A DNA stretch of 37,623 nucleotides from Gammaproteobacteria bacterium (lineage in GTDB: Bacteria > Pseudomonadota > Gammaproteobacteria > DRLM01): assembly GCA_015490395.1 (NCBI GenBank), contig WFXX01000326.1:1-37623 (forward strand), written 5' to 3'. Position numbers and translations under genes: made by a program. This document shows, in pieces, positions 19,336 to 32,700 of the stretch. Position 1 is the first letter of the stretch; every line of letters begins with the position of its first letter. Below the pieces are notes generated by a model. The model was not told the DNA's origin and searched no databases. It was given only the letters and a program-made list of their open reading frames with translations.

Positions 19336-19955
19336 GCCAACCACTCCCCGATGCGGGCCGCGACCCCGGGAGTGACCACTACCCGCTCGTGGACGATGAG
19401 CGCCACCGGGTCCAGGTCAGCCACCTCCCGCACGTCGATGCGCGGGATGTTGCGCGCCGCCAGATAGAGCTTCTCGTCGAAGGCCTCCGTGACCAGTAAC
19501 GCGTCACCGAGACCCAAGGCGCGCAGCCGGGCCGCCAGTTCACGGGTCTTGGGCGCCTCGAGCGTGATGGCCTCCGGCTCAACGACCAAGAGCCGCCCCT
19601 GCTCCACGAGGCCAGAGAAGATGGACCGCAACGCACCCCGGTACATCTTCTTGTTCACCTTCTGCGAATAATCGCGCGGCTTAGCCGCGAAAACCTTGCC
19701 ACCACCCCTCCACAGCGGGCTGCGGATAGAACCGTGTCGGGCACGCCCCGTGCCCTTCTGCCGCCAGGGCTTGCGGCCACCGCCCCGCACCTCGGCCCGC
19801 GTCTTCTGGGCCTTGGTGCCGGCGCGCCCCCCCGCCAGGTAGGCCACCACCACTTGGTGCACCAGGGCCTCGTTGAAGCGTACCCCAAAGACCGCATCCG
19901 GCACGCTCACCTGCCCCTTCGCGGCCCCGCTCGAGTCGATGACCTCCAGCTCCAT
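19332..19955 (-). CDS. rplD: 50S ribosomal protein L4
   Basis: The track start at 19964 is GTG. ATG 19955 gives MELEVID...[21 protein letters not shown], collinear with E. coli L4. Confidence 0.95.
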   Translation of the reverse strand: MELEVIDSSGAAKGQVSVPDAVFGVRFNEALVHQVVVAYLAGGRAGTKAQKTRAEVRGGGRKPWRQKGTGRARHGSIRSPLWRGGGKVFAAKPRDYSQKVNKKMYRGALRSIFSGLVEQGRLLVVEPEAITLEAPKTRELAARLRALGLGDALLVTEAFDEKLYLAARNIPRIDVREVADLDPVALIVHERVVVTPGVAARIGEWLA

Positions 19956-19966
19956 GGCCTCCACCC

Positions 19967-20617
19967 TCAGCCCTTCCTGCCGGCCTTGACTGCCGGTCGG
20001 ACGATCACGTCGCGCCCCGCGGGGCCCGCCACGGCCCCCTTGACCAGCAGGAGGTTGCGCTCCGGATCCACCCGAACCACCTCCAAGTTCTGGACGGTGC
20101 GGCGCACGTTGCCCATGTGTCCGGCCATGCGCTTGCCCTTGAAGACTCGCCCCGGCGTCTGGTTCTGACCGATGGAGCCGGGCACCCGGTGCGAGAGCGA
20201 GTTGCCGTGGCTCGCGTCCTGCGTGCGAAAGTGGTGGCGTTTCACCGTGCCAGCGAAACCCTTGCCGATACTCACCCCGGTCACGTCCACCTTCTGGCCA
20301 GGCTCGAAGATGTCCACCCGGATCTCCGCGCCGGGCTCGAGCCCCTCGCCCTCACCGTCGCCCAGGCGGAACTCCCACAGCCCCCGCCCCGGTTCCACGC
20401 CGGCCTTGGCATAGTGCCCGGCCAACGGCCGCGTCACGCGCGAAGGCTTGCGACGGCCCACGGTGACCTGCACGGCACGATAACCGTCCCGCTCCTCGGT
20501 CTTGACCTGCGTGACGCGGTTGGGCTCGACCTCGATGACCGTCACCGGCACGGAGACCCCGTCCTCGGTGAAGATGCGGGTCATCCCGCGCTTGCGTCCC
20601 ACCACTCCCATCGCCAT
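19967..20617 (-). CDS. rplC: 50S ribosomal protein L3
   Basis: Trimmed to ATG 20617 (GGGGAGG 7 nt upstream): [39 protein letters not shown]. Confidence 0.96.
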   Translation of the reverse strand: MAMGVVGRKRGMTRIFTEDGVSVPVTVIEVEPNRVTQVKTEERDGYRAVQVTVGRRKPSRVTRPLAGHYAKAGVEPGRGLWEFRLGDGEGEGLEPGAEIRVDIFEPGQKVDVTGVSIGKGFAGTVKRHHFRTQDASHGNSLSHRVPGSIGQNQTPGRVFKGKRMAGHMGNVRRTVQNLEVVRVDPERNLLLVKGAVAGPAGRDVIVRPAVKAGRKG

Positions 20618-20637
20618 GGCGCGCCTCCCCGTCGGCC

Positions 20638-20949
20638 TCAATGCAGCTTGATCTGCACGTCCACGCCGGCCGCCAGGTCCAGCTTCATCAAGGCATCCAC
20701 CGTCTTGTCGGTGGGGTCCACGATGTCCAGCAGACGCTTGTGAGTGCGGATCTCGTACTGATCCCGCGCGTCCTTGTTGACATGAGGCGAGATCAGCACC
20801 GTGTAGCGCTCATACTTCGTAGGCAACGGGATCGGGCCACGCACCTGTGCGCCGGTGCGCTTGGCCGTCTCCACAATCTCCCGCGCCGACCGGTCGATGA
20901 GACGGTGGTCGAACGCCTTGAGCCGGATGCGAATCCTCTGCCTGGCCAT
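20638..20949 (-). CDS. rpsJ: 30S ribosomal protein S10
   Basis: Trimmed to ATG 20949: [44 protein letters not shown], 103 aa as in E. coli. Confidence 0.97.
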   Translation of the reverse strand: MARQRIRIRLKAFDHRLIDRSAREIVETAKRTGAQVRGPIPLPTKYERYTVLISPHVNKDARDQYEIRTHKRLLDIVDPTDKTVDALMKLDLAAGVDVQIKLH

Positions 20950-20951
20950 GC

Positions 20952-21100
20952 CGCTCACTCAATGATCTTGGTGACGACGCCGGCGCCCACCGTGCGACCA
21001 CCCTCGCGAATGGCGAAGCGCAAACCCTCCTCCATCGCAATCGGCGCAATCAGCGACACCGTCATCGACACATTGTCCCCAGGCATCACCATCTCCACCC
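20952..21100. repeat. tuf 3'-end repeat, copy 1: 149 nt, 100% identical to 37475-37623 in direct orientation
   Basis: Base-by-base comparison of the two stretches. Identity includes the stop codon and 3 nt beyond it, and is cut off only by the window end. Confidence 0.95.
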
Positions 21101-22148
21101 CCTCCGGCAACTCCACCGCCCCCGTCACATCCGTCGTCCGAAAATAAAACTGCGGACGATACCCATTGAAAAACGGCGTGTGACGACCACCCTCCTCCTT
21201 GCTCAACACATACACCTCCGCCTCAAAACGCATATGCGGCGTGATCGTCCCAGGCTGCGCCAGCACCTGACCACGCTCCACCTCGTCCTTCTTCGTGCCA
21301 CGCAGCAACACACCCACATTGTCACCCGCAACGCCCTCATCCAGGACCTTGCGGAACATCTCCACCCCCGTCACCGTGGTCTTCTGCGTCTCCCGCAAAC
21401 CCACAATCTCCACCTCATCACCCACCTTCACCTTGCCACGCTCAATCCGGCCCGTCACCACCGTCCCACGGCCCGAGATGGAGAACACATCCTCAATCGG
21501 CATCAAAAACGGCTGATCCACCGGCCGCTCCGGAACCGGAATGTACTCGTCCATCGCCTCCATCAGCTTCAGCACCGACGGCACACCCAGCTCCGACTCA
21601 TCCCCCTCCAGCGCCTTCAGCGCCGAACCCACCACCACCGGCGTCTCATCACCCGGAAACTCATACTTGTCCAAGAGCTCCCGCACCTCCATCTCCACCA
21701 ACTCCAGGAGCTCCGGATCATCCACCATGTCCGCCTTGTTCAAAAACACCACAATGTGCGGCACCCCCACCTGACGCGCCAGCAAAATATGCTCCCGCGT
21801 CTGCGGCATCGGCCCATCCGCCGCCGACACCACCAAAATCGCACCATCCATCTGCGCCGCACCCGTGATCATGTTCTTCACATAATCCGCATGACCCGGA
21901 CAGTCCACATGCGCATAGTGCCGCTTGTCCGTCTCATACTCCACGTGCGCCGTCGCAATCGTGATCCCACGCGCACGCTCCTCCGGCGCCGAATCAATCT
22001 GATCGTACGCCTTCACCTCCGCACCACCAAACTTCTCCGCCGACACCTTCGTCAAGGCCGCCGTCAGCGTCGTCTTCCCATGATCCACGTGACCAATCGT
22101 CCCCACATTCACATGCGGCTTCTTGCGCTCAAACTTCTCCTTGGCCAT
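20955..22148 (-). CDS. tufA: Elongation factor Tu (copy following fusA)
   Basis: 397 aa: [28 protein letters not shown]..., [14 protein letters not shown]. Confidence 0.99.
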   Translation of the reverse strand: MAKEKFERKKPHVNVGTIGHVDHGKTTLTAALTKVSAEKFGGAEVKAYDQIDSAPEERARGITIATAHVEYETDKRHYAHVDCPGHADYVKNMITGAAQMDGAILVVSAADGPMPQTREHILLARQVGVPHIVVFLNKADMVDDPELLELVEMEVRELLDKYEFPGDETPVVVGSALKALEGDESELGVPSVLKLMEAMDEYIPVPERPVDQPFLMPIEDVFSISGRGTVVTGRIERGKVKVGDEVEIVGLRETQKTTVTGVEMFRKVLDEGVAGDNVGVLLRGTKKDEVERGQVLAQPGTITPHMRFEAEVYVLSKEEGGRHTPFFNGYRPQFYFRTTDVTGAVELPEGVEMVMPGDNVSMTVSLIAPIAMEEGLRFAIREGGRTVGAGVVTKIIE

Positions 22149-22229
22149 CGTCGCTCACCTCTTCCTCGTTCCGCCGTCTATCCCGCGAATCCACCCGACC
22201 AGCCACCTTTCGAAGACGCGCCCCCGGTC

Positions 22230-24329
22230 TCAGGAGGCCTCTTTGATGAGGGCCTCGGCGATGTTGCTCGGCACCTCGCTGTAGCGCGAGAACTCCATGG
22301 AGTAGTTGGCCCGCCCCTGGGTCATGGAGCGCAGATCCGTGGCGTAGCCAAACATCTCTGCCAACGGCACCTCCGCTCGGATCACCCGGCCCGCCGGGGC
22401 CTCGTCCATGCCCTGGATGAGACCGCGGCGCCGGTTCAGGTCGCCCATTACGTCGCCCATGTACTCCTCCGGGGTAACCACCTCCACCTTCATAATGGGC
22501 TCCAGCAGCACCGGGTCAGCCTTGCGCGCCCCTTCCTTGAAGGCCATGGAGCCGGCAATTTTGAAGGCCATCTCGCTGGAGTCCACCTCGTGGTAGGAGC
22601 CGTCGAACAAGGTAACTTTGACGTCCACCACCGGATACCCAGCGATGACGCCGTTCTCCATCTGCTCCTGGATCCCCTTGTCCACCGAGGGGATATACTC
22701 CTTGGGCACTACCCCACCGACGATGGCATTGACGAACTCGTAGCCCTTGCCCCGCTCCTGGGGCTCGATGCGGATCCAGACGTGCCCGTACTGGCCGCGG
22801 CCGCCGGTCTGGCGGACGAACTTGCCCTCCTGCTCCACCGTCTTGCGAATGGTCTCCCGATAGGCCACCTGGGGCTTGCCCACATTGGCCTCCACCTTGA
22901 ACTCCCGGCGCAGACGGTCAACGATGATCTCCAGGTGCAGCTCACCCATCCCGGAGATGATGGTCTGCCCCGACTCCTCGTCGGTGTGCACGCGGAAGGA
23001 GGGGTCCTCCTGGGCCAGCTTCTGCAGGGCGATGCCCATCTTCTCCTGGTCGCCCTTGGTCTTGGGCTCCACGGCCACCGAGATCACCGGCTCCGGGAAC
23101 TCCATGCGCTCGAGGATGATGACGTTGCTTGGGTCGCAGAGGGTGTCACCGGTGGTGACGTCCTTCAGGCCCACGCAGGCGGCGATGTCCCCCGCCCGGA
23201 CCTCCTTGATCTCCTCCCGGTGGTTGGCGTGCATCTGCAGGAGGCGGCCGATGCGCTCCTTCTTGCCCTTGACCGGGTTGTAGACCACGTCCCCGGAGCT
23301 CAGAACCCCCGAATAGACGCGGATGTAGGTCAGGGTCCCCACGAAGGGGTCGGTGGCGATCTTGAAGGCCAGGGCGGAGAAGGGCTCGTCGTCGGAGGGG
23401 TGGCGCTCCGCTGGGGTGTGGGCCTCGTCATCCAAGGTGCCCTTCACGGCCGGGACGTCCACCGGGGAGGGCAGGTAGTCGATGACCGCATCCAGCATGG
23501 CCTGGACACCCTTGTTCTTGAAGGCCGACCCGCAGAGCACGGGCACGATCTCGTTGGCCAGGGTGCGCGCGCGCAGGCCCCGCTTGATCTCCTCGATACT
23601 GAGCTCGCCCTCCTCCAGGTACTTGTCCATCAGCTCCTCGGAGGACTCGGCCGCGGCCTCCAGGAGCTTCTCCCGCCACTGCTGGGCCTCTTCTTGCAAC
23701 TCGGCAGGGATCTGCTTAGCCTCAAAACGGGTCCCCAGGGTCTCCTCGTCCCAGTAGATGGCCCGCATCCCCACCAGATCCACCACCCCCTGGAAGCCGT
23801 CCTCAGCCCCGATGGGAATCTGGACGGGCACGGGGAAGGCTCCGAGACGCTTGCGGATCTGCTCCACCACCCGGAAGAAGTTGGCTCCTACCCGGTCCAT
23901 CTTGTTAACGAAAGCCAGGCGCGGCACGCCGTACTTGTTGGCCTGCCGCCAAACGGTCTCCGACTGGGGCTCCACCCCGCCCACCGCGCAAAAGACGGCA
24001 CACGCCCCATCCAGGACCCGCAGGGAGCGCTCCACCTCGATCGTGAAATCCACGTGGCCCGGCGTGTCGATGATGTTGATGCGGTGCTGGGGATACTGGT
24101 TCTCCATCCCCGTCCAGTAGCAGGTGGTGGCGGCGGAGGTGATGGTGATCCCCCGCTCCTGCTCCTGCTCCATCCAGTCCATCACCGCGGCGCCATCGTG
24201 CACCTCGCCCAGCTTGTGGGAGACACCCGTGTAAAACAGGATCCGCTCGGTGGTCGTGGTCTTCCCGGCATCGATGTGGGCCATGATGCCGATGTTGCGG
24301 TAGCGCTCAATGGGGGTGGTGCGTGCCAC
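22230..24329 (-). CDS. fusA: Elongation factor G
   Basis: 699 aa: (M)[30 protein letters not shown].... The start codon read from the sequence is GTG. Confidence 0.99.
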   Translation of the reverse strand: MARTTPIERYRNIGIMAHIDAGKTTTTERILFYTGVSHKLGEVHDGAAVMDWMEQEQERGITITSAATTCYWTGMENQYPQHRINIIDTPGHVDFTIEVERSLRVLDGACAVFCAVGGVEPQSETVWRQANKYGVPRLAFVNKMDRVGANFFRVVEQIRKRLGAFPVPVQIPIGAEDGFQGVVDLVGMRAIYWDEETLGTRFEAKQIPAELQEEAQQWREKLLEAAAESSEELMDKYLEEGELSIEEIKRGLRARTLANEIVPVLCGSAFKNKGVQAMLDAVIDYLPSPVDVPAVKGTLDDEAHTPAERHPSDDEPFSALAFKIATDPFVGTLTYIRVYSGVLSSGDVVYNPVKGKKERIGRLLQMHANHREEIKEVRAGDIAACVGLKDVTTGDTLCDPSNVIILERMEFPEPVISVAVEPKTKGDQEKMGIALQKLAQEDPSFRVHTDEESGQTIISGMGELHLEIIVDRLRREFKVEANVGKPQVAYRETIRKTVEQEGKFVRQTGGRGQYGHVWIRIEPQERGKGYEFVNAIVGGVVPKEYIPSVDKGIQEQMENGVIAGYPVVDVKVTLFDGSYHEVDSSEMAFKIAGSMAFKEGARKADPVLLEPIMKVEVVTPEEYMGDVMGDLNRRRGLIQGMDEAPAGRVIRAEVPLAEMFGYATDLRSMTQGRANYSMEFSRYSEVPSNIAEALIKEAS

Positions 24330-24359
24330 GGCTGCCGGTCCTCAGGATGCTCTGCTCGC

Positions 24360-24845
<486 letters not shown>

Positions 24846-24883
24846 TCAAACTCTCCGACCCGCCGGGCCTCCCGGCCCGGTCC

Positions 24884-25258
24884 TCAGGATTTGGGCCGCT
24901 TGGTCCCGTACTTGGATCGCCCCTGCCGCCGATTGGCCACCCCCGAGGCGTCCAGGCTGCCCCGCACCACGTGGTAGCGCACCCCGGGCAGGTCCTTGAC
25001 GCGCCCCCCGCGGATGAGCACCACCGAGTGCTCCTGGAGGTTGTGCCCCTCGCCCCCGATATAGGTGGTGACCTCGTAGCCGTTGGTCAGCCGCACGCGG
25101 GCCACCTTCCGGAGGGCGGAATTGGGCTTCTTCGGGGTGGTGGTGTACACGCGGGTGCACACCCCCCGCTTCTGCGGGCACCCCTCCAGGGCCGGCACCT
25201 TGCTCTTCTCCCGCTTCCGGGTCCGCGGCTTCCGGACCAGCTGGTTAATGGTCGCCAT
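24884..25258 (-). CDS. rpsL: 30S ribosomal protein S12
   Basis: Trimmed to ATG 25258: [12 protein letters not shown]...[12 protein letters not shown]..., 124 aa. Confidence 0.98.
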   Translation of the reverse strand: MATINQLVRKPRTRKREKSKVPALEGCPQKRGVCTRVYTTTPKKPNSALRKVARVRLTNGYEVTTYIGGEGHNLQEHSVVLIRGGRVKDLPGVRYHVVRGSLDASGVANRRQGRSKYGTKRPKS

Positions 25259-25401
25259 CACTCGCTCCAGCCCAAAATGAGCGTAAGCGCCCGCCCTGAA
25301 AGGGTTTTTCCGCCAGCTGGCGGATCCACCCTATTCGGTGGAACGCTTACGAGAAAGCCAGGTGACAGACGGAAACGTATACCGCCCAAGAAAGATGCGG
25401 C

Positions 25402-25430
25402 ATTCTATAGCCGCTCCCGTCACCTGTCAA
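25402..25430 (-). promoter_or_regulatory. Candidate sigma70 promoter of the str operon (rpsL-rpsG-fusA-tufA)
   Basis: The minus strand reads TTGACA (25430-25425), a 17-nt spacer, then TAGAAT (25407-25402). This lies about 140 nt upstream of the rpsL ATG in an otherwise GC-rich spacer. Confidence 0.55.
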
Positions 25431-25464
25431 CACAGGCCCCCGGCGGGGGTCGCCGCCAGGGGCC
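25427..25464 (-). terminator. Candidate intrinsic terminator after rpoC
   Basis: The minus-strand RNA forms a 12-bp stem, GGCCCCUGGCGG / CCGCCGGGGGCC, with one G-U pair and a 6-nt loop. It starts about 20 nt after the rpoC stop and is followed by UGUGUU. The tail overlaps the -35 box of the rpsL promoter candidate. Confidence 0.5.
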
Positions 25465-25485
25465 CCTCCCACTGGCGCAGCGGGA

Positions 25486-28400
25486 TCAGCTGTCGCCGAT
25501 GTTGCTGAGCTCCTCCCGCAACCCCCGCTCCACCTCCTCGGGGGTGGGTCCCTGGGAGGCGGTGGCCGCCTCCTGCTCCCTCCGCCGGGCCTCCTCCCGC
25601 TTGCGCCGCCGCTCCTGGTGGTAGGCCAGCCCCGTGCCCGCCGGGATCAGGCGTCCCACGATGACGTTCTCCTTCAGGCCCCGGAGCTCGTCCACCTTGC
25701 CGGCCACCGCGGCCTCGGTGAGCACCCGGGTGGTCTCCTGGAAGGAGGCCGCCGAGATGAAGGACTCCGTGGCCAGGGAGGCCTTGGTGATGCCCAGCAG
25801 CAAGGGCGCCCAGGTGGCGGGCTGCTTGCCCCGGGCCACCATCTCCTCATTGACCTCCAGGAGCCGCGCCTTCTCCACCTGCTCGCCCTTGAGGAACTCC
25901 GTGTCCCCGGGCGAGACCACCTCCACCTTGCGCAGCATCTGGCGGATGATGACCTCAATGTGCTTGTCGTTGATCCGCACGCCCTGGAGCCGGTAGACCT
26001 CCTGCACCTCGTTCAGGATGTAGTTGGCCAGCTCCTCCACCCCAAGCAGCCGGAGGATGTCGTGGGGGTTGGGGTTGCCATCCACCACGACCTCGCCCTT
26101 CTCCACGTGCTCGCCCTCGAAGACCAGGATGCTGCGCCACTTGGGCACCAGCTCCTCGTGCTGGGTGCCGTCCGGTGCCGTGATAATCAGGCGCCGCTTG
26201 CCCTTGGTCTCCTTGCCGAAGCTTACGGTACCCGAGATCTCGGCCAGGATGGCCGGGTCCTTGGGTTTGCGAGCCTCGAACAGGTCGGCTACCCGGGGCA
26301 AGCCGCCGGTGATGTCCCGGGTCTTGGTGGTCTCCTGAGGGATACGGGCCAACACGTCGCCGCAGCTCACCTCGTCGCCGTCCCGCAGCGAGACGATGGC
26401 CCCTGGGGGTAGGTAGTAGACCGCGGGGATGCTGGTCCCCGCCAGGCATAGCTCCTGCCCCTGCTCGTCCACCAGCTTGATCATGGGCCGCATGTCCTTG
26501 GCCCCGGCGCTGCGGGTCTTCGGGTCGGTGACCACGTACATCTGCTGACCGGTGATCTCGTCGGTCTGGCTCTCGACGGTCACCCCCTCCACAAAGTCTT
26601 GGAAGCGCACCCGACCCGCCACCTCCGTGATGATGGGATGGGTGTGCGGATCCCAGTGGGCCACCTGCTGACCAGCCTCTACCGGCGCACCGTCATCTAC
26701 CTTGATGATTGCCCCGTAACGGACCTTGTAGCGCTCACGCTCCAGGCCGCCTTCGTCCACCACGGCGATCTCGCCCGAGCGCGAGACCACCACGTTGCCC
26801 ATGGTGTGCTTGACCGTCTTGAGGTTGTGGTAGCGGATGCGCCCGTTGGACTTGACCTCCACGCTGGAGGCCACCGCAGCCCGTGAGGCCGCCCCGCCGA
26901 TGTGGAAGGTACGCATGGTAAGCTGCGTGCCCGGCTCGCCGATGGACTGGGCTGCGATCACCCCGATGGCCTCGCCGATGTTGACCTTGTGACCACGGGC
27001 CAGATCCCGCCCGTAGCACTGGGCGCAGACCCCGTAGCGGGTCTCGCAGGTAATGGGCGAGCGGACCTTGATCCGGTCGATCCCCATGGCCTCCAGGCGG
27101 TCCACCCAGCGCTCGTCCAGGAGGGTACCGGCCGGCACCGCGACCTCGTCCTCCCTGCCGGGATAAGGGACGTCCTCGGCCACCACCCGACCCAGGACGC
27201 GCTCGCGCAGGGGCTCGACCACGTCGCCGCCCTCGATGAGGGAACTCTTCACGATGCCCTGACTGGTGCCACAGTCCTCTTCGGTGATCACCAGGTCCTG
27301 GGCCACGTCCACCAGGCGCCGGGTGAGATAACCCGAGTTGGCCGTCTTGAGGGCGGTATCGGCCAGGCCCTTGCGCGCGCCGTGGGTGGAGATAAAGTAC
27401 TGGAGCACGTCCAACCCCTCGCGGAAGTTGGCCGTGATAGGCGTCTCGATGATGGACCCATCCGGTTTGGCCATCAGGCCACGCATGCCCGCAAGCTGGC
27501 GGATCTGCGCGGCCGAGCCCCGCGCGCCCGAGTCGGCCATCATGAAGATGGAGTTGAAGGAGGGCTGGCGGACCTCCCGCCCATCCGGCAGCCGGACCAC
27601 CTCCGTACCCAGCTCCTCCATCATGGCCTTAGCCACCTGCTCGTTGGTCCGGGACCAGATGTCCACCACCTTGTTGTAGCGCTCCCCCGCGGTCACCAGG
27701 CCCGCCGCGTGCTGCTCGTCGATCTGCTTCACCTCGCGCTCGGCCGCAGCGATGATCTCCGCCTTGGCCTTGGGAATGACCATGTCCTCCATGCCCACCG
27801 ACACCCCGGAGCGCGTGGCATAATGGAACCCGGTGTACATGAGCTTGTCGGCGAAGATCACCGTCTCCTTCAGCCCCGCCGTACGGTAGCATGCATTGAC
27901 GAGCTGGGAGATGGCCTTCTTGTTCATGTCTCGGTTGACCAGCTCGAAAGGCAGTCCCTCCGGCAGGAGATCCGCCAGCAGGGCCCGGCCCACGGTGGTC
28001 TCGACCAGTGAGACCCGCTCCTCCCGCTCACCGTCCTCCTTGAGCCGCACCTCGCGGATCCGCACCTTGATCCGCGCGTGGAGGTCCACGGCTCCGCTCT
28101 CGTAGGCCCGGTGCACCTCATCCACCCCGGCGAAGACCTTGCCGGTGCCCTTGGCGCCGGCGCGCTCCCGGGTCATGTAGTACAGCCCTAGCACCACGTC
28201 CTGCGTGGGCACGATGATGGGGTCGCCGTTGGCGGGCGAGAGCACGTTGTTGGTGGACATCATCAGGGCCCGGGCCTCGATCTGCGCCTCCAGCGACAGC
28301 GGCACGTGCACCGCCATCTGGTCCCCGTCGAAGTCCGCGTTGTAGGCCGTGCACACCAGGGGATGGAGCTGGATGGCCTTGCCCTCGATGAGCACCGGCT

Positions 28401-29712
28401 CGAAGGCCTGGATCCCCAGGCGGTGCAGCGTGGGGGCCCGGTTCAGCAGCACCGGGTGCTCCCGGATCACCTCCTCCAGGATGTCCCAGACCTCCGGCAC
28501 CTGGTTCTCCACCAAGCGCTTGGCCGCCTTGATGGTAGCCGCCAACCCCCTGCGCTGCAGCTTGGAGAAGATGAAGGGCTTGAACAGCTCCAGAGCCATG
28601 GTCTTGGGCAGCCCGCACTGGTGCAGCTTCAGGGTTGGGCCCACCACGATCACTGACCGCCCGGAGTAGTCCACACGCTTGCCCAGCAGGTTCTGCCGGA
28701 ACCGGCCCTGCTTGCCCTTGATCATGTCCGCCAGCGACTTGAGCGGGCGACGGTTGGTGCCCGTGATGGCCTTGCCACGACGCCCGTTGTCCAGCAGGGC
28801 ATCCACGGCCTCCTGGAGCATGCGCTTTTCGTTGCGGACAATGATGTCAGGCGCGTTGAGATCCAGCAGACGCTTGAGCCGGTTGTTGCGATTGATCACC
28901 CGCCGGTAGAGGTCGTTGAGATCAGAAGTGGCAAAGCGCCCGCCGTCCAACGGCACCAGTGGCCGCAGATCAGGCGGCAGGACCGGCAGCCTGGTGAGAA
29001 CCATCCACTCCGGGCGATTCCCCGAGCGGAGGAATGCCTCCATGAGCTTGAGGCGTTTGGCCAGCTTTTTGACGCGCGTCTCCGAGCCCGTGCTCGCGAT
29101 CTCTGCCCGCAGCTTGTCCACTTCGGCCTTGAGATCCAGGCTGGCCAGCAAGGCGTGAATGGCCTCGGCGCCCATACGGGCGTCGAACTCATCTCCATAC
29201 TCCTCGATGGCCTCCAGGTACTGCTCGTCGGTCAGGAGCTGGCCTCGCTCCAGCTTGGTCAACCCCGGGTCGATGACCACGAAGCTCTCGAAGTAGAGCA
29301 CCCGCTCGATGTCGCGCAAGGTCATGTCCAACAGCAGACCCATGCGCGACGGCAGGGACTTCAGGAACCAGATGTGCGCCACCGGGCTGGCCAGTTCGAT
29401 ATGCCCCATGCGCTCGCGGCGCACGCGGGCCAGGGTAACCTCCACACCACACTTTTCGCACCTGACGCCCCGGTGCTTAAGGCGCTTGTACTTGCCACAG
29501 AGACACTCGTAGTCCTTCACCGGACCGAAGATCTTGGCGCAGAACAGCCCGTCCCGCTCCGGCTTGAAGGTCCGGTAGTTGATGGTCTCCGGCTTCTTGA
29601 CCTCGCCGTAGGACCAGGTCCTGATCTTTTCCGGCGAGGCGAGCCCGATGCGGATAGCATCGAACTCCTCCGCCTGGCTCTGCTGCTTAATCATGTTCAA
29701 CAGGTCCTTCAT
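25486..29712 (-). CDS. rpoC: DNA-directed RNA polymerase subunit beta'
   Basis: Trimmed to ATG 29712: [58 protein letters not shown], collinear with E. coli RpoC. NADFDGD is present. 1408 aa. Confidence 0.99.
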   Translation of the reverse strand: MKDLLNMIKQQSQAEEFDAIRIGLASPEKIRTWSYGEVKKPETINYRTFKPERDGLFCAKIFGPVKDYECLCGKYKRLKHRGVRCEKCGVEVTLARVRRERMGHIELASPVAHIWFLKSLPSRMGLLLDMTLRDIERVLYFESFVVIDPGLTKLERGQLLTDEQYLEAIEEYGDEFDARMGAEAIHALLASLDLKAEVDKLRAEIASTGSETRVKKLAKRLKLMEAFLRSGNRPEWMVLTRLPVLPPDLRPLVPLDGGRFATSDLNDLYRRVINRNNRLKRLLDLNAPDIIVRNEKRMLQEAVDALLDNGRRGKAITGTNRRPLKSLADMIKGKQGRFRQNLLGKRVDYSGRSVIVVGPTLKLHQCGLPKTMALELFKPFIFSKLQRRGLAATIKAAKRLVENQVPEVWDILEEVIREHPVLLNRAPTLHRLGIQAFEPVLIEGKAIQLHPLVCTAYNADFDGDQMAVHVPLSLEAQIEARALMMSTNNVLSPANGDPIIVPTQDVVLGLYYMTRERAGAKGTGKVFAGVDEVHRAYESGAVDLHARIKVRIREVRLKEDGEREERVSLVETTVGRALLADLLPEGLPFELVNRDMNKKAISQLVNACYRTAGLKETVIFADKLMYTGFHYATRSGVSVGMEDMVIPKAKAEIIAAAEREVKQIDEQHAAGLVTAGERYNKVVDIWSRTNEQVAKAMMEELGTEVVRLPDGREVRQPSFNSIFMMADSGARGSAAQIRQLAGMRGLMAKPDGSIIETPITANFREGLDVLQYFISTHGARKGLADTALKTANSGYLTRRLVDVAQDLVITEEDCGTSQGIVKSSLIEGGDVVEPLRERVLGRVVAEDVPYPGREDEVAVPAGTLLDERWVDRLEAMGIDRIKVRSPITCETRYGVCAQCYGRDLARGHKVNIGEAIGVIAAQSIGEPGTQLTMRTFHIGGAASRAAVASSVEVKSNGRIRYHNLKTVKHTMGNVVVSRSGEIAVVDEGGLERERYKVRYGAIIKVDDGAPVEAGQQVAHWDPHTHPIITEVAGRVRFQDFVEGVTVESQTDEITGQQMYVVTDPKTRSAGAKDMRPMIKLVDEQGQELCLAGTSIPAVYYLPPGAIVSLRDGDEVSCGDVLARIPQETTKTRDITGGLPRVADLFEARKPKDPAILAEISGTVSFGKETKGKRRLIITAPDGTQHEELVPKWRSILVFEGEHVEKGEVVVDGNPNPHDILRLLGVEELANYILNEVQEVYRLQGVRINDKHIEVIIRQMLRKVEVVSPGDTEFLKGEQVEKARLLEVNEEMVARGKQPATWAPLLLGITKASLATESFISAASFQETTRVLTEAAVAGKVDELRGLKENVIVGRLIPAGTGLAYHQERRRKREEARRREQEAATASQGPTPEEVERGLREELSNIGDS

Positions 29713-29746
29713 CTGACCGTACCTCATGTGGGTGGCTGCCCAGCCC

Positions 29747-32700
29747 TCAACGCTGCTTCAGCTCGATGTCAATGGCCAGCGCCTTGATCTCCTTGACCAG
29801 GACGTTGAAGGACTCCGGCATCCCGGCTTCCATGGTGTGGTTGCCGTCCACGATGTTCTTGTACATCTTGGTACGTCCCTGCACATCGTCGGACTTGACG
29901 GTAAGCATCTCCTGCAGAGTATAGGCCGCCCCGTAAGCCTCCAGCGCCCACACCTCCATCTCGCCGAAGCGCTGACCGCCGAACTGTGCCTTGCCTCCAA
30001 GGGGCTGCTGCGTTACCAGGCTGTACGGCCCGGTGGAGCGAGCGTGGACCTTGTCGTCCACCAGATGGTTGAGCTTCAGCATATACATGTAGCCCACGGT
30101 GACCGGCCGGTCGAAAGGATCACCCGTGCGCCCGTCGTACAGGATGGTCTGCCCATTCTCTGGCAGGCCCGCCAAGCGCAGCATGCCCTTGATCTCGTCC
30201 TCGCGCGCACCGTCGAAGACCGGCGTGGCCATGGGGACGCCGCGGCGGAGGTTCTCGGCGAGCTCCAGGATCTCCTCGTCGGTGAGCGCCTCCAGATCCT
30301 CCTTCCTGCCGCTGCCGTTGTAGATCCTGTCCAGAAAGGCACGGATCTCCCCCACCTTGCGCTGCGCATCCAGCATCTCGCCGATCTTGCGCCCCAGCCC
30401 CTTCGCGGCCCATCCGAGGTGGGTCTCGAGCACCTGCCCGACGTTCATGCGCGAGGGCACCCCAAGGGGGTTGAGCACGATGTCCACCGGCGTGCCGTCG
30501 GCCATGTAGGGCATGTCCTCCGTAGGCACGATCATGGAGATCACGCCCTTGTTGCCGTGGCGCCCTGCCATCTTGTCGCCGGGCTGGATACGCCGCTTGA
30601 CCGCCAGGTAGACCTTGACCATCTTGAGCACACCCGGGGCCAGGTCATCCCCCGCGGCGATCTTCGCCCTCTTCTCCTCCAGCTTGCGGTCGAACTCCTG
30701 GCGCAACGCCTCCAGCTGCCTACCGAGCTGCTCGAGCTGAGCGTTGGCCTCCTCATTCTTGAGGCGAATCTCGGTCCATTTCTCGCGCGGTAGCTCCTCC
30801 AGATAGGCCTTGGTGATCTTGGCTCCGGCCTTTAGGCGCTTCGGCCCTCCGGCAGCGGTCCGTCCTAGCAACAGGCGCTCCATCCGATGGTAGACGTCCT
30901 CCTCCAGGATCCGGTGCTGGTCTTGCAGGTCCTTCTTGAAGCGCTCCAGCTCCTCCTGCTCGATGGCCTTGGCGCGGGCGTCCTTCTCCACCCCGTCCCG
31001 GGTGAAGACCTGGACGTCGATCACCGTCCCGTTCATGCCGGAGGGCACGCGCATGGAGGTGTCCTTCACGTCGGAAGCCTTCTCCCCGAAGATGGCCCGC
31101 AGGAGCTTCTCCTCAGGCGTGAGCTGGGTCTCGCCCTTGGGCGTGACCTTGCCCACCAGGATGTCACCGGGGCCCACCTCCGCCCCGATGTAGACGATGC
31201 CCGACTCATCCAGCTTGGACAGGGCCGCCTCGCCCACGTTAGGGATGTCCGCCGTGATCTCCTCCGGGCCCAGCTTGGTGTCGCGGGCCACGCAGGTCAG
31301 CTCCTCGATGTGAATGGAGGTGAAGCGGTCCTCCTGGACCACGCGCTCGGAGATGAGGATGGAGTCCTCGAAGTTGTAGCCGTTCCACGGCATGAAGGCC
31401 ACGAGCACATTCTGGCCCAAGGCCAGCTCTCCCATGTCGGTGGAGGCGCCGTCGGCCAGCACGTCTCCACGGGCGATGACGTCCCCCGGCTTGACCAGCG
31501 GCCGCTGGTTGATACAGGTGTTCTGGTTGGAACGGGTGTACTTGATCAAGTTGTAGATGTCCACGCCTGGCTCGCCTGCCTCAGTCTCCTCCTCGTGAAC
31601 GCGCACCACGATCCTGGAGGCGTCCACTGAATCGACCACTCCGCCGCGGCGAGCGATCACCGTGGTACCGGAATCCCGCGCCACCACCCGCTCCATGCCG
31701 GTGCCCACCAAGGGCTTCTCCGCCCGGAGCGTGGGCACAGCCTGACGTTGCATGTTAGAGCCCATGAGGGCCCGGTTGGCGTCATCGTGCTCGAGGAACG
31801 GGATCAGGGAGGCCGCCACCGAGACGATCTGCTTGGGCGAGACATCCATGTAGTCCACCCGCTCGGGGCTAACCATGGTGAACTCGTTCTGGTGCCGGCA
31901 GGAGACCAGCTCGTCCACCAGCCGCCCCTCCTCATCCAAACTGGCGTTGGCCTGGGCGATGACGTACTGCCCCTCCTCGATGGCCGAGAGGTAATGGATC
32001 TCGTCCGTCACCTTCCCGTTCACCACCTTACGGTACGGGGTCTCCAGGAAGCCGTACCGGTTGGTCCGGGCATAGACAGCCAGGGAGTTGATCAGACCGA
32101 TGTTGGGACCCTCCGGGGTCTCGATGGGACAGACCCGCCCGTAGTGGGTGGGGTGCACGTCGCGCACCTCGAAGCCGGCCCGCTCCCGGGTGAGCCCCCC
32201 CGGCCCCAGGGCCGAGACCCGCCGCTTGTGGGTAACCTCCGAGAGCGGGTTGTTCTGGTCCATGAACTGGGAGAGCTGGCTGGAGCCAAAGAACTCCTTG
32301 ATGGCCGCCGAGACGGGCTTGGCGTTGATGAGCTCGTGGGGCATCAGGCCCTCGGTCTCCGCCAAGGAGAGCCGCTCCTTGACAGCACGCTCGACCCGCA
32401 CCAAGCCGATGCGGAACTGGTTCTCCACCATCTCGCCTACGCTGCGCACCCGGCGGTTGCCCAGGTGGTCAATGTCGTCCACCTTGTCACGGCCGTCCTT
32501 GATGTCGATGAGGGTGCGCAGGACGTCCACGATATCCGAGGTATCCCCTAACCGCTCATAGAGCCGGCGTGACTCCTCGTCCTCGCGGGCGCTGAAGTAC
32601 TTGCCATCGTAGAGGATACCCGGACCCTCGATGTCTTCGCGGCCCACGCGGCGGTTGAACTTCATCCTTCCCACCGCCGAGAGGTCGTACCGCGCCGGGT

